Below are positions 27,903 through 39,624 of a DNA stretch of 64,000 bases, in pieces. Where the stretch lies: positions 4,064,001 through 4,128,000 of the forward strand of contig CM000151.3 in the NCBI GenBank assembly GCA_000004695.1. The letters run 5' to 3'. Position 1 is the first letter of the stretch. Each line of letters opens with the position of its first letter. A program made the position numbers and the translations under genes. The notes under the pieces were generated by a model. It did no database searches and was not told the origin of the DNA. It worked only from the letters and a program-made list of their open reading frames with translations. The stretch comes from Dictyostelium discoideum (lineage: Eukaryota).

Positions 27903-30900
27903 TTAAAATAAATCTTTTTGAGATTCAGCTAAATTTAATAAAATATCATCAATATTTTCAATTGGTTTTGAATTTGGTAATTGATTTTGATGATCTAATT
28001 CAATTTGACGATGATGTTTTGATTGATCAATTTTTAATTCAAATTCTTTTGCTTCATTATCAAGTGTTGTCCATTCATCAATGATTCTAACAGCATTTTC
28101 AAGTTTTGGAGTTTTTGTGAGAGGATTATTACAAAGATCAATGGTTTTAGCTTTTGATTTTGATTCTTGATCACACCAAGTTTCACACCATAACCATTCT
28201 TGTGGTAACGAATGAATTCTAACATAATGTTGAAGATAATTTGGTAAATCTTGATCAAGATTGGCTAAACTATTTGGATCACGCGATAATTGATCATAGG
28301 TTGCTCTAAGTTGATCACCAGCTGCTAAACGACGGAATCTAACAAGATCAACGACGTAGAGAGCAGAGATATGATAGGAACGACCAGCTAAATGTTGTCT
28401 CCAATAACCAGATTTCCAGAATCTGAAACCTTCGGTATCCTTATTTGAGTCACAAAATGGTGTGTAACCTAATGAGGCGCCATGGAGATCCATATCCCAA
28501 AGTTCTTTCAAATCGGTACGAACTACTTGATCAGCATCAACGAAAATAATCTTTGGTACATCCAATGGGAAGAGTACATCAAGGAAGAGGATCTTATAAC
28601 TCCAAATGATTCTTTGTTTTTCAGTTTGTTTACGTAACCACCATGGCCATTTATAAGTTACCAACTCATATTGGAAACCATACTCTTTTGCCATCTCTGG
28701 TATGAATTCTTTAAAAGCTGGTGATAAATAATTCTTTAAAAACCAAAATTTAATTGGTGATTCAGTATTCTTTACGACGGATAACATCATAATCTTTAAA
28801 AATCTTTCATAAAGATGACCACTTGCAACTGAAAAAATATGAATTGTATCTAAATTTGATTTCTTTTGATGAGTAGCGACACTATCTGTTGCGTCATTCT
28901 TTGAACTGAAAAGATTTGAAAAGAAGCCACTACTATTTTGTTTTAATTTTTGTTCTTTTTCTTGTTCTTTTTGTTTTTCATATTCATCAATTGGTTGAAG
29001 TATTGGTCTTAATTCTTGACCAGCTTTACGAACCACCGATAGAGATGATAATGATTGATATAAACTATCGATTACAACCAAACGATGTGGTACAATTACA
29101 AAGGTTTCCTTTTCTTTTTGATTTGGATGATCAACCATATCCATTATATCAGAGGATCTACCTGGAGCAATTGTTAATTTCCAAATACCAGGATTGGATT
29201 TCAATTGATAATAACCGAAATTATTCATAACTATAGTATCTTGAGTTTTATTTGTTTGTGTTGAAATTGGGTTTAATAATAATTCTAAACCTGCTGGAGC
29301 GTTATCAGTTGTCATATCATTGGCACTACCCTCGATAACTATATTCTCCAATTCATAAACTGCAGTTAAAACTTGTTCATCACCTAAATCTTTTAGACGA
29401 ATATTATCAAGATCATACTTGGCAATGATTGGTTGAACTAACCAACTTGATGGTATATCCAAAGCCAATGTTACAACACGATCCTCTGGAATATCAGTTG
29501 CAATACCTAATGGTTGATTATAAAGTACATTTTCATTATTAAATTCACTTGATAGCTTAATAACATAAGTATAATAAGTCTTTAATGGTAATTCTGATAA
29601 TGATACAGGTGGATTTAAAATTACATCAACTGGTATATTTAATTTATTTGAAAATTCTCTAACCATTGGTACTAATTTTTGTGAAACTTTATTAAATGGA
29701 TTAATAATCATTAAAAATTTTAATGGTACATCATTTGAATTTGAAGAAGAAGATGATGATGATGATGATAAAGTTGGTGGTTTATGACTAAATGAAATTG
29801 ATAATGAATTTGGAATTCTTTTTCTTTTAATATTTGAATCTAATTGATTGTTACCATTATAATAATAACCAACTAATGATTGAACTTTATTTAAAAGATC
29901 ACTAATTTTTAAATTTGATTTATCTTTTAAAATTGGATCAGAATTTAATAATTCAAAAGTTTTTTTAGCTTTAATCATTTCAATTTCTAAGAGTAATTTA
30001 AAATCAGATTGAATGAATGATGCAGCGTCATCATATGATAGTGGTGGTGTAATAATTCTACCATTTACAAGTATTGAAAGTGGTGATTTATTTGTTGATT
30101 GGATACCAAGATATTGTTTACAAACTTTTGAACTTTGTTTGAAAAGATTAACAGATTGTGCAACCCAGATATCGTTAGCAGCAATATCGAATCCACTCAA
30201 CTCTATGATTTGTTTCATCGTTTTAAAAGAATCGATAATTGTTGGATCGGATTGAACCTTTTCAAATAACCCAATCACCAATTGTGGTGTCAATATTTTA
30301 CCATAGTGTTTTAATATTGTGATTAGTTTACCGAGAATTTGATTTTCATTACCGGCTGTATTGACAACACTATTGATATCGATTGGATTGGAAATGAATG
30401 TTAATTTACAATTTTTTAATTCACCCTTTTCCAATTGTCTTAATAATTCCAATGAGATATCTCTAGTATTGTAATGATCGAAATCACCAATTACAATTAA
30501 ATTTAATAAATTTTGTTCATCTTTATTCTCATTATTTCTAAAATATAATAAATTCTTTAAAACATTTTGTGCATCAACTTCTTGATTTCTATTCTTTGAA
30601 TTTGTAATTAAATGTGAATATTTTTCATTTGAAATCATTGAATTTAATTTTTTTAAAAATGGTAAATTATTATCTTTCCAATATGAACTTGTTAAAATTG
30701 TTTCATAATATTGTGCTGTTGTTGTTGAAAGTATTGATTCTTTAAATAATGGTTTTAAATTATCAAATTCATCATATAATGAAACTAACAAATCAAATGA
30801 TAATTGATCAATATTTGAATATTTAACTTGAACACCATTTACAAATACTTTTGGTAATATTTTTGTAGTAGTTGTTGTTGTTGTTGATTGCGATGTTGTT

Positions 30901-31209
30901 GTATCAAGTAGTTCTAATCTTTCAATTAATTGATTTGAACTTTCTAAAAGATTATCAAAATCAGTATTTGTTAATGCATGTTGTAAAGATCTAACACTAC
31001 CACCCATTTGTTGTAAAACTGCTTGAAATGATGATGAAAGTACAGATCTTGTAATACCAAGTTCATTTGGAATATACATTTTCTTAAAATAATTTAAAGC
31101 AGTAATGAAAAAGAAAGCACCACGATTACCTAAATTTGAATTTTTAATAGTAAGGAAAACTTTTGCTAAATCTTTACCTTGAATGAAATTTGATGTTTGT
31201 GAATTTTGA

Positions 31210-31244
<35 letters not shown>

Positions 31245-32123
31245 TGATTTTGTATTAAAAAGTAATTGAATTCTAGTTGGTATTAATGAATTTCCTTGTA
31301 CCATTTCTTGAATTTCAGGTATGATTTCAAATGTATTAATATTATTCCAATCCAAGACAATAACGGTTGTTAATAGATTCTTTCTGATAAAGATATCTTG
31401 TGGTGAAGTTACGGGTTTATCCAATACTGATGATTGTAATTTTGGCTCCCATTGACGGTAAATGTAATCCAATTCTAAATTATTTAAAGATACAAATGGT
31501 TCATTACCACCATTCAATTCTAGTTCTTCTTTAGTTGGTAATAATTGAATACGAATTGGTAATTGAGCAGAGATTATATCCTGTACAGTCTTTGATGATA
31601 GCGGACCCTGTTGTTGGATTGTAGTGGAATGTTCATACTCTTCTAAAATGATTCTTGATAATTCAATTGGACTAAGTTCATTCGTGTCTATTAAACGACC
31701 GTTTAAAAGCAATGTTTGGTCAGTAGTGGATGGGATTATCTTTTGATTTGACTCAATCACCGATTTCAATGATTCGTTTAATGTTATCTTTGATAATGAA
31801 TTTGAAAGTGTTGGAAACTTTTGAGAAATATATTCCAACGATCTCAATGGGTCACCTGATTGAATGATTTTTTGAGCACTTTGAATACCCAAATCTTTCA
31901 ATTCCCAAACTTTCAATTCTTTAGCCTCTTGACTCTTTGCCATTAAATATGATCTAAATGTTGATAATTTACTTGTTAATTCTGGTTTTCTCTTTTGTAA
32001 TTTATGAAAATTAAATCCTTGTACATCTTCATTTGGTATATTAATTATAGTTTTTGATTTAACACCATCAATAATTATATCTTAAAAAATAAAAATAATA
32101 TTAGAATCAATAATAATAATAAT

Positions 32124-32158
<35 letters not shown>

Positions 32159-32931
32159 TATATAATAATAATTTTTACCTTTTTTAATTGCAGAATCATC
32201 CATAACTTTATATTCTAAATTTTTAATTGATAATTCATAACCATAACCTTGAAGATTTAATTTTTGATTTGATTCTTGAACAACATATCTTAGACAATAT
32301 TTGATTTTACCCATTTGAGAGAATTGTTTTAATTTTGGATGAACCAATTTAAAGAATTCACTCTTAATATCAACATATAAAATTACAATTGGAATTGATG
32401 ATGGTGATGATGATGAGGATGAAACAGTATTTGCAAGTGTTGGAAAAATATGGTCAAAATCATATAATCTAATAAATTCATTTTCTTCATCGTCGACAAC
32501 TGCTACATCTTTAAATAATGATTCATTAATTTCATTTACATCTGTTATAATTTTATTTTTGATTTGAACCCAACCACCACTATTAAAAAGAGTAATGGTT
32601 TTATTATCAGCAGTGGTGATGGAATGCTCAATATTATTTAATTTCATATTTGAAATTGCTAATTGTCTATAGGTTTCAACTCTTGGTGAATAAGTTCTCA
32701 TTGCAAGATCAATACTAAGGAATTCACTTAAAAATTGGGTATTACTTGATAAAACTGATTTCATTAATGAAATTGTTGATTCATAATATATTTTATCGCT
32801 ATAATTTGTACTGAAATCAATTTTATTAAATTCTTCAATAAATTTCCAAAATAATGATTTATCTTGATTATGTAAAAATTCTCTTTTTTTTAAAAAAAAA
32901 AAAAAAAATATTAGTATATATATAAATTTAG

Positions 32932-32966
<35 letters not shown>

Positions 32967-33175
32967 GGAGAGGATAAAAAAGAAAAAATATATTATAATA
33001 ATAATACTTACGCAGCTTCCAAATAAGAAGGTGTTTCACCCCAATTTGAAACTAAAGATAATTGAATTGATTTTGATGAAAATGAATTATCTCCTTCATT
33101 TGATTCTACCAATAGTAATACATTTGATATAAAAACAATTAATAAAAATACAAAGAATTTAAATATCCTTGCCAT
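27903..33175 (-). CDS. UDP-glucose:glycoprotein glucosyltransferase (UGGT; GT24 catalytic domain plus N-terminal thioredoxin-like folding-sensor domains), ~1681 aa; 3 exons complement(join(27903..32080, 32179..32882, 33012..33175))
   Basis: Exon 1 MARIFKFFVFLLIVFISNVLLLVESNEG...SKSIQLSLVSNWGETPSYLEA (signal peptide plus the conserved UGGT N-terminus) ends at donor GC|GTAAGT. Exon 2 (A)EFLHNQDKSLFWKFIEEFNKIDFST...GYGYELSIKNLEYKVMDDSAIKK ends at donor G|GTAAAA. Exon 3 (D)IIIDGVKSK... runs in frame into ORF 27903..31943, which carries the GT24 motifs (FLDVLFPLDVPKIIFVDADQVVRTDLKELWDMDLHGASLGYTPFCD...LPNYLQHYVRIHSLPQEWLWCETWC). The dictyBase name is probably ggtA but is unverified. Confidence 0.85.
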
Positions 33176-33176
33176 T

Positions 33177-33220
<44 letters not shown>

Positions 33221-33611
33221 CACACAATAAAAAAAATATTAATTTTTATTGATGATGGTTTTTAATGATGATCATAAAAAAAAATTTTTTAAAAAAAAAA
33301 ATAAAAAATTAAAAAAAAAAATTAAAATTTTTTTTTTTTTTTTTTTTTTTCAAATAATCACCAAAAATGAATTAAAATTTTTTTTTATTTTTTATTTTTT
33401 TTAAATTTTTATTTTTTTATTTTCAATCTCAAAAGCAAAAGCAAAAGCAAACACGTACACACGACTTTTTCATATTTTTTATTTTTTTTTATTTTTTATT
33501 TATTTATTACTTGTATTTTTATTTGTATTTTATATTAAATTATTTTATTATTATTATTATTATTTTTTTTATTTAATGGAAAAGTAAAGTGATTTCAAAA
33601 AAAAAAAAAAC

Positions 33612-33811
33612 ATGAAAAAATTGTTTGATATTATTTCTCCGAGTAAAAATATACAACAACAATCTGCAAGTGGTAAAGAATCGTCATCATCATCATCATC
33701 ATCTTCATCACCATCACCATCAAAAAATAGATCTTGTTTTAATGGAATTGGTTAGTTTTTATGAAAAAATAAAAATAATAAAAAAAATTAATAAAAAAAA
33801 AAATTATTAAC

Positions 33812-33903
<92 letters not shown>

Positions 33904-34171
33904 TAAAAATAAAAACAAAAATAAATTTTATAGGTATAAATAGTAAAATTAATAATATTAATATCCAAGAAGATTCTATTAGCAATGGAAATAATAATGA
34001 GAAATACCCACAAATTGAAAGAGATAATATTATTAAAATAGTTTTATTAGGTGGATATCAAGTTGGTAAATCATCAATAATAAGGAGATATCTTCAAGGT
34101 TGTTTCACAACATCTTACATACCAACTATTGGTATAGATTTGTCAACTTTATTATTAAAAAGAAAGCAATC

Positions 34172-34238
<67 letters not shown>

Positions 34239-34631
34239 CCATCACCACAATCATCACAGCAACCACCACCACAACAACAACAACAGCAACAGCAACAACA
34301 ACAACAACAACAACAACAAACACCTCAACGTAATAAAAATGAAAATTATGATGAGAATGATTATTTAAGTGATTATTCAGATTCAGAATCAAAAGATGAT
34401 TCATCATTAAATCAATATTTAACGCAATCACCAAATCAATATATAGTACAATTTTGGGATGTTGCCTATGCAGAGATTAAAGGTAAACATTTCTCTAGTA
34501 TTTTAAGTGGTGCTTCTGCAATCATTATGGTTTATGATTCTGTTAATGCAAGTTCAATTTTAGCAATTGATGAATGGAAAACAATTTTAAATACTTCACC
34601 ATTTATTCAAATTAATAATGGTAATAATAAC

Positions 34632-34662
<31 letters not shown>

Positions 34663-35867
34663 GTAATAATAATAGTAATAATAATAATAGTAATAATAAT
34701 AGTTTTAATAGTAATAATTATAAAAAAATACCATTGGCATTATTTGCAAATAAAAGTGATATTGGTGAACCAGTTATAAGTCCAACAGATTTAGATTATT
34801 ATTGTAATGCATGTGGTTATAGTATTTGGAGATTTACTTCATGTAAAAAGGATTTAAATATTATATCAGGTATTGATTCATTGATTTCATTAGTTATTGA
34901 AAATAAGAATCAAGAACTCTCTGATATTAGGAATAGATTATTAAATGAAAAAAAAGAAAAAAGAAAATTAATTTATCAATTAAAGAAAAATGTAAATTTA
35001 AATACAAGTGTAAAATATACAAGAAGTATTAATAAAAGTAGTAGTGGTAATAAAAATCAAGATAATAATAATGTTGATGATATTGATATAGTTAAAAATT
35101 TAACAAAAGAATTAGTTTTATCACAATCTTGTCCAAATATTTCAAATTATGGTAAAGATGTTAATAATGATGATGATGATGATAATAATAATACTATTGA
35201 AAATAATGAAAATGAAAATAATGAAAATGTAAAAAAACAACAAGAAAAAGAAAAAGAACAAAAAGAAAAAGAAAAAGAAAAATTACAACAATTTAAACAT
35301 CAAAGTGAAATTGAAAAAGTAAATGAATTATTAGAGATGACAAATGAACATTATTCAAAGTTTCAAAAATCTTTGGAAGAGATTATGTCAAAATCAAATG
35401 GTACAACTAGATATAATGATTTAGTTCAGTTGGAGAAACAAAGAAGTAATGAATACGTAAAAATATGTAATAATTTAAAGAAATTAATTCAACCAAGTGC
35501 ATTTAGACAACATCATCACCATCACCACCACCATCATCATCATAAACCTTCCCAAAAAATAACATCAGATCTACTTTCAAAGATCTTGGATGAAAATATT
35601 TTAAAATGGAATACTTTAATCTCTAATCTTCAATTGGAAATATCTTTAAAATTAAATAATCAAAATAATGTATATCAGTCAAATAATAACAACAATAATA
35701 ATGTAAAACAAAATAATAAAGTAGCACAATCCTATAATGCTGTTAGTCTTTTAATTAAAGATGATCAAGAATATAGATATAATAATAATAATAATAATAA
35801 TAACAATGGTGGTAGAAAAAATAGCTTCAGCAACAGCAGCAATAATATTAATAATAATAATAATAAT

Positions 35868-35955
<88 letters not shown>

Positions 35956-36491
35956 GTAGTATAAATAATAGTATAAAATTAAATATAAATAATAATCCAA
36001 AGTATAAGATGGGTTTTGGATTTAAACATGGTGGAAAGAATTTATCATCAAATTTTTCAATTAATGATCATAGTATTGATACTGATAATCCTTCAATGAC
36101 AAGTTCTTCAATTACTAGTAATTCCTCAATGAATAGTTTTTCATCCTCTCCAAGTAGTTCTCCACCAAATGATGATATCAATGATAATAGACATACAAAT
36201 AATATCAATAGAGTAGCTACAAATGGTGATGGTAATGTTGATGGTGGTGGTGGTGATAATATTGGTGATAATGATTCAAGCTCTTTAAATAGTAGCAGTT
36301 ATCAAAACCATCATAATCATCATAATCATCACCGACACAATTTTAATAATGATAGTAATAATAACAGTTATTCCCCATCAACTAGTCATAATGGAATTGG
36401 AGGTGATGATTTCCTCTTACCATCCCCTTCTCTATTACCCTCCTCTTATAATTTAACTGTAACTGTTTTACCTGATCTTAAATATAAATAA
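33612..36491 (+). CDS. Atypical Rab/Ras-like small GTPase with huge poly-Q/poly-N insertions and a long low-complexity C-terminus; 2 exons (33612..33750, 33934..36491)
   Basis: Exon 1 MKKLFDIISPSKNIQQQSASGKESSSSSSSSSPSPSKNRSCFNGIG ends at |GTTAGT. The intron holds an (AAT)n run, with acceptor ttttatag|. Exon 2 has G1 (IVLLGGYQVGKSS), switch I (YIPTIGID) and G4 (ALFANKSD), but G3 reads FWDVAYAE instead of WDTAGQE. It runs in frame into ORF 34140..36491. Confidence 0.7.
33808..33900. repeat. (AAT)n microsatellite in the intron of the Rab-like gene
   Basis: Perfect trinucleotide run seen in the sequence. Confidence 0.9.
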
Positions 36492-36587
36492 ATATTTGGA
36501 AAAAAAAAAAAAAAAAAAAGTTTTTTGTTTTTATTGGTGTGTTAAAAATATTTTTAGTTTTAAAATAAATTTGAGAACAAAAAATTG

Positions 36588-36621
<34 letters not shown>

Positions 36622-36903
36622 AGGGTAATTAGCAACTTATCAGATTGATTATTTTAATATACCTAAGATGTCAAGGTAATGGTAGAATCATTTGTGTCCA
36701 TAATTATTATGATAAGAGCGGCCCAACTCCAATTAATTATTTAAAAAAATAAAGTATAAAGCTTTAACAATAATTAATTAATAAATTTATGGTATTTTTT
36801 AATAATTATAAAAAAAAAAAAAAAGAAAAAAAGATAAAAATATTTTTTTTCATAATTTTCTCAACTTAGTCCTCGCACATAAAAAAAAAAATGAATGCGT
36901 TCA

Positions 36904-37227
36904 TTTTTTTTTTTTGAATTGGATAACGCAATTATTATTTGCTTCTCCTTGAGATGCTAGATCTCATTTTATTTTTTTTTTTTTTTTACAGGGTCTTTTT
37001 GATTAAAACATCTTTTTTGTCCAAACTTTTTTCTAAATCTTTTTTTATTTTATCGTCTGGTTCGTGATTGATGTTTATGACGTATTTGAATTGTTTTTTT
37101 TTTAATTGAGTTTTATCCACAATTTCGCTTATTTTTTGTAGGCATTTGTGTTGCTTAATATTTGTGGTGTTGTTTGTGATTTTCATTTTATTTTCTTTCT
37201 ATCTTTTTTATTTTTCTGATTAACTTG

Positions 37228-37271
<44 letters not shown>

Positions 37272-38977
37272 TTATAGAAAGTACTGAGTGAATTATTGTA
37301 TTTTTTGAGATGTTTAGGAAGTTCTATTGCGGGTGTTGATGATGATTTGTGACACCCCTTGTCCTGTTTTATCAATTGGTGCGTGGTGTGTTATTTTGTT
37401 TTTATATTGTTGATTTATTGAGTAAATTTTATTTGTTTTTATATTTGTTTCAGTTAGAAGTGCTGCGTCCAGCTTGTTGTTGTCTAAAACGGTGTTTATT
37501 ATGCTGGCAGATTGGATGGTGTTGGATCCTTGGACGTTCCAAACACCTATTCTTATTGTGTTTTTCTTTATAGTTTTATTTGGGGTAGATTTTTATCTAC
37601 CTTTTGAAGTTTCTGGTTTATTTTGTCTTCTAACTGATCTTTACTTTGTTCATTGTGTTGTTGGTCTTGTGTGTTTGTGGGGTTTTTTGATTTATTGATT
37701 TGTTTTAGAATTTCCTTGTTGAAGTTGTCTATATCTTCATCCATTTTTGTTTTTATGCTTTTTTGTCCATATTCACCCAATTTTGGTTTGACTGGTGTTT
37801 TGTTGGTCTTGTTTGTTTTGCCTTGTTGTTTCTTTTTTGGTGTGTTTAACAATTTACTTGGTGAATCGATAATTTTCGATGGTGTACCATAGGTTGGGCT
37901 GAAACTCATGATATGTTTTATTGGAGAGGAGAAGAACCATTGATTTGAAGGGATTGAAAGTGGGAATTCTATTTTTCTTATTGCATCAGTGTTTGGGCTG
38001 GTGAAGTCGAAGATATCATTTGCCTCTCTAAGTTTTTCTTCCGTTGTTAGTCCCTTTGTTTCGCCGTGTTGTTTTATTGGTGTATTGTATGGAGATGGTG
38101 GTTCGATAGGTTTTTCTGATTTTGTTTTAATTTCTTGATTGTTTATCGATTGTGTATTGATCTCATTCTCTATTCTTGTTAGTTCATCTACGTTTTCTAG
38201 TGATGCTTCTATTACCTTTTGAGCTGTATCATCTAGGGCCATAAATGTTTTATCATTAGATGAGGATGTGATTGGTGGGATAATGATTGTTCTTTTTCCT
38301 TGTTTTGGTATTTGTTCTGATGTAGATTGTGGTTGTTGTTCATCTGATTGTTTTTTATTTTTGTTTTCTTCTTGATTTTCTGGTAATGAGGTTTGATCTC
38401 TCCATCCTTTGTTGGAGTGTCCAATTAATGTTAGATTGTCTAGTTCAATGATAGTGTCAAATTCTTCTACGACTCTTTTCACTGTTTTGATAATTAGAGT
38501 TTCGCCTTTAATTTCTGATTTAATTAGTTTACATCCTTCATTTTCTATTACCCATTCTATTTCTGTGAGTGATTTATACCAATCAAAATCTGTATACATA
38601 TTTTTTGGTCTTATAGTGGTTATAAATTGTCCTTTTAATTCTGCATCAAACATATTTACAAAATAGATTACTGTACTAATACTGTCTGTGAGAATTTTGA
38701 ATGTATTATTACTTTTGATTAAAACATCTTTTTTGTCCAAACTTTTTTCTAAATCTTTTTTTATTTTATCGTCTGGTTCGTGATTGATGTTTATGACGTA
38801 TTTGAATTGTTTTTTTTTTAATTGAGTTTTATCCACAATTTCGCTTATTTTTTGTAGGCATTTGTGTTGCTTAATATTTGTGGTGTTGTTTGTGATTTTC
38901 ATTTTATTTTCTTTCTATCTTTTTTATTTTTCTTTAAAAAGTTAAAAATCTGGAAATTTTCTAATTAACTTGGTTCC

Positions 38978-39031
<54 letters not shown>

Positions 39032-39310
39032 TCTTTTTTATATGAAAAATGAAATAATCAAAAAAAGAGATTGTTGTTGTTGTTTGTTTTTTTCGATCTG
39101 ATTATTTTTTGCTTTTTTTTTGAAAATTTTGCTACGCAAAATTCTCAAAACGAAACAAATAATAAATTACAATAAAGTAAAAAGATGGCTTTTTAAAATA
39201 GTTTATTTATTTATTTATTTGTTTTTTAAGTCTTTTTTATATGAAAAATGAAATAATCAAAAAAAGAGATTGTTGTTGTTGTTTGTTTTTTTCGATCTGA
39301 TTATTTTTTC
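36904..39310 (-). mobile_element. TRE5-like tRNA-gene-targeted non-LTR retrotransposon, internally deleted (ORF1 present; no APE/RT ORF2), ~2.4 kb, 5' end facing the tRNA-Leu gene
   Basis: ORF1-like 444-aa ORF (37568..38902). An oligo(A) tail (plus-strand T-run 36906..36916) marks the 3' end. The 5' end lies ~46 bp upstream of a tRNA gene in head-to-head orientation, the hallmark TRE5 position. About 230 bp of the 5' module including the first 66 ORF1 codons is duplicated near the 3' end (36985..37215 vs 38703..38935; ORF 36986..37186). ~85-bp subrepeats sit in the 5' UTR region (39031..39115, 39225..39307). Confidence 0.6.
37568..38902 (-). CDS. Retrotransposon ORF1-like protein (444 aa) of the TRE5-like element
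   Basis: Long ORF inside the element. A partial second copy of its N-terminus (36986..37186) lies in the duplicated module. No enzymatic motifs, consistent with a non-LTR ORF1. Confidence 0.5.
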   Translation of the reverse strand: MKITNNTTNIKQHKCLQKISEIVDKTQLKKKQFKYVININHEPDDKIKKDLEKSLDKKDVLIKSNNTFKILTDSISTVIYFVNMFDAELKGQFITTIRPKNMYTDFDWYKSLTEIEWVIENEGCKLIKSEIKGETLIIKTVKRVVEEFDTIIELDNLTLIGHSNKGWRDQTSLPENQEENKNKKQSDEQQPQSTSEQIPKQGKRTIIIPPITSSSNDKTFMALDDTAQKVIEASLENVDELTRIENEINTQSINNQEIKTKSEKPIEPPSPYNTPIKQHGETKGLTTEEKLREANDIFDFTSPNTDAIRKIEFPLSIPSNQWFFSSPIKHIMSFSPTYGTPSKIIDSPSKLLNTPKKKQQGKTNKTNKTPVKPKLGEYGQKSIKTKMDEDIDNFNKEILKQINKSKNPTNTQDQQHNEQSKDQLEDKINQKLQKVDKNLPQIKL

Positions 39311-39356
39311 AATGAATGCGTTCAATAAGGATTAAAAAAATAAACTTTCATATAAA

Positions 39357-39439
39357 GCAAGGGTAGGAAAGTCTGGTTAAATCCGTGTGACTTAAGATCT
39401 CATCCATTCGGTTCGCGAGTTCGAATCTCGCCTCTTGCA
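39357..39439 (+). tRNA. tRNA-Leu (anticodon UAA), type II with long variable arm
   Basis: Acceptor stem GCAAGGG/CCTCTTGC plus discriminator A, T-arm GCGAG-TTCGAAT-CTCGC, anticodon loop C-T-TAA-G-A, long variable region. The anticodon call is the least certain part. Confidence 0.65.
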
Positions 39440-39466
39440 AGTTTTGTGGAAACGAACATTAGGTCA

Positions 39467-39479
39467 GGTGTTCGATTCT
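39467..39479 (+). promoter_or_regulatory. Extra B-box (ex-B, GGTGTTCGATTCT) ~28 bp downstream of tRNA-Leu
   Basis: Matches the pol III B-box consensus GGTTCGANTCC. Ex-B boxes are a known feature of many Dictyostelium tRNA genes. Confidence 0.4.
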
Positions 39480-39624
39480 ATGCCAATATTCCCAAATATT
39501 GGAGGCTAATATTTAAATTTTGCGATCAATAAAACGTTTTTCAATTGTGTTGATTATATTATGAAAATTATTCCTTGAAAAAGATCCATAGTCTAAAAAA
39601 AGAGAAGAACAACTTAAACAAGAA

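Larger units (their letters stand above)
36890..39324. repeat. 14-bp direct repeat AATGAATGCGTTCA at 36890..36903 and 39311..39324: candidate target-site duplication flanking the TRE5-like insertion
   Basis: Identical 14-mers lie immediately outside the element. The left copy is followed by a T-run (the oligo(A) tail of the minus-strand element), and the right copy lies ~33 bp upstream of the tRNA-Leu 5' end. Confidence 0.45.

Noticed and set aside
33176-33223. Upstream Met (MKLKKKKKKKKKKLIK...) as UGGT start
   Set aside because: That codon run is an A/T homopolymer. The Met at 33175 begins a canonical signal peptide (MARIFKFFVFLLIVFISNVLLL) and is the credible start.
36985-38935. Direct repeats flanking a gag-like ORF interpreted as LTRs of an LTR retrotransposon (Skipper/DGLT-A type)
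   Set aside because: The element ends in oligo(A), and there is no PBS/PPT or TG..CA termini. The repeats include coding sequence of the ORF start. Its position ~46 bp upstream of a tRNA in head-to-head orientation fits TRE5-type non-LTR elements better.
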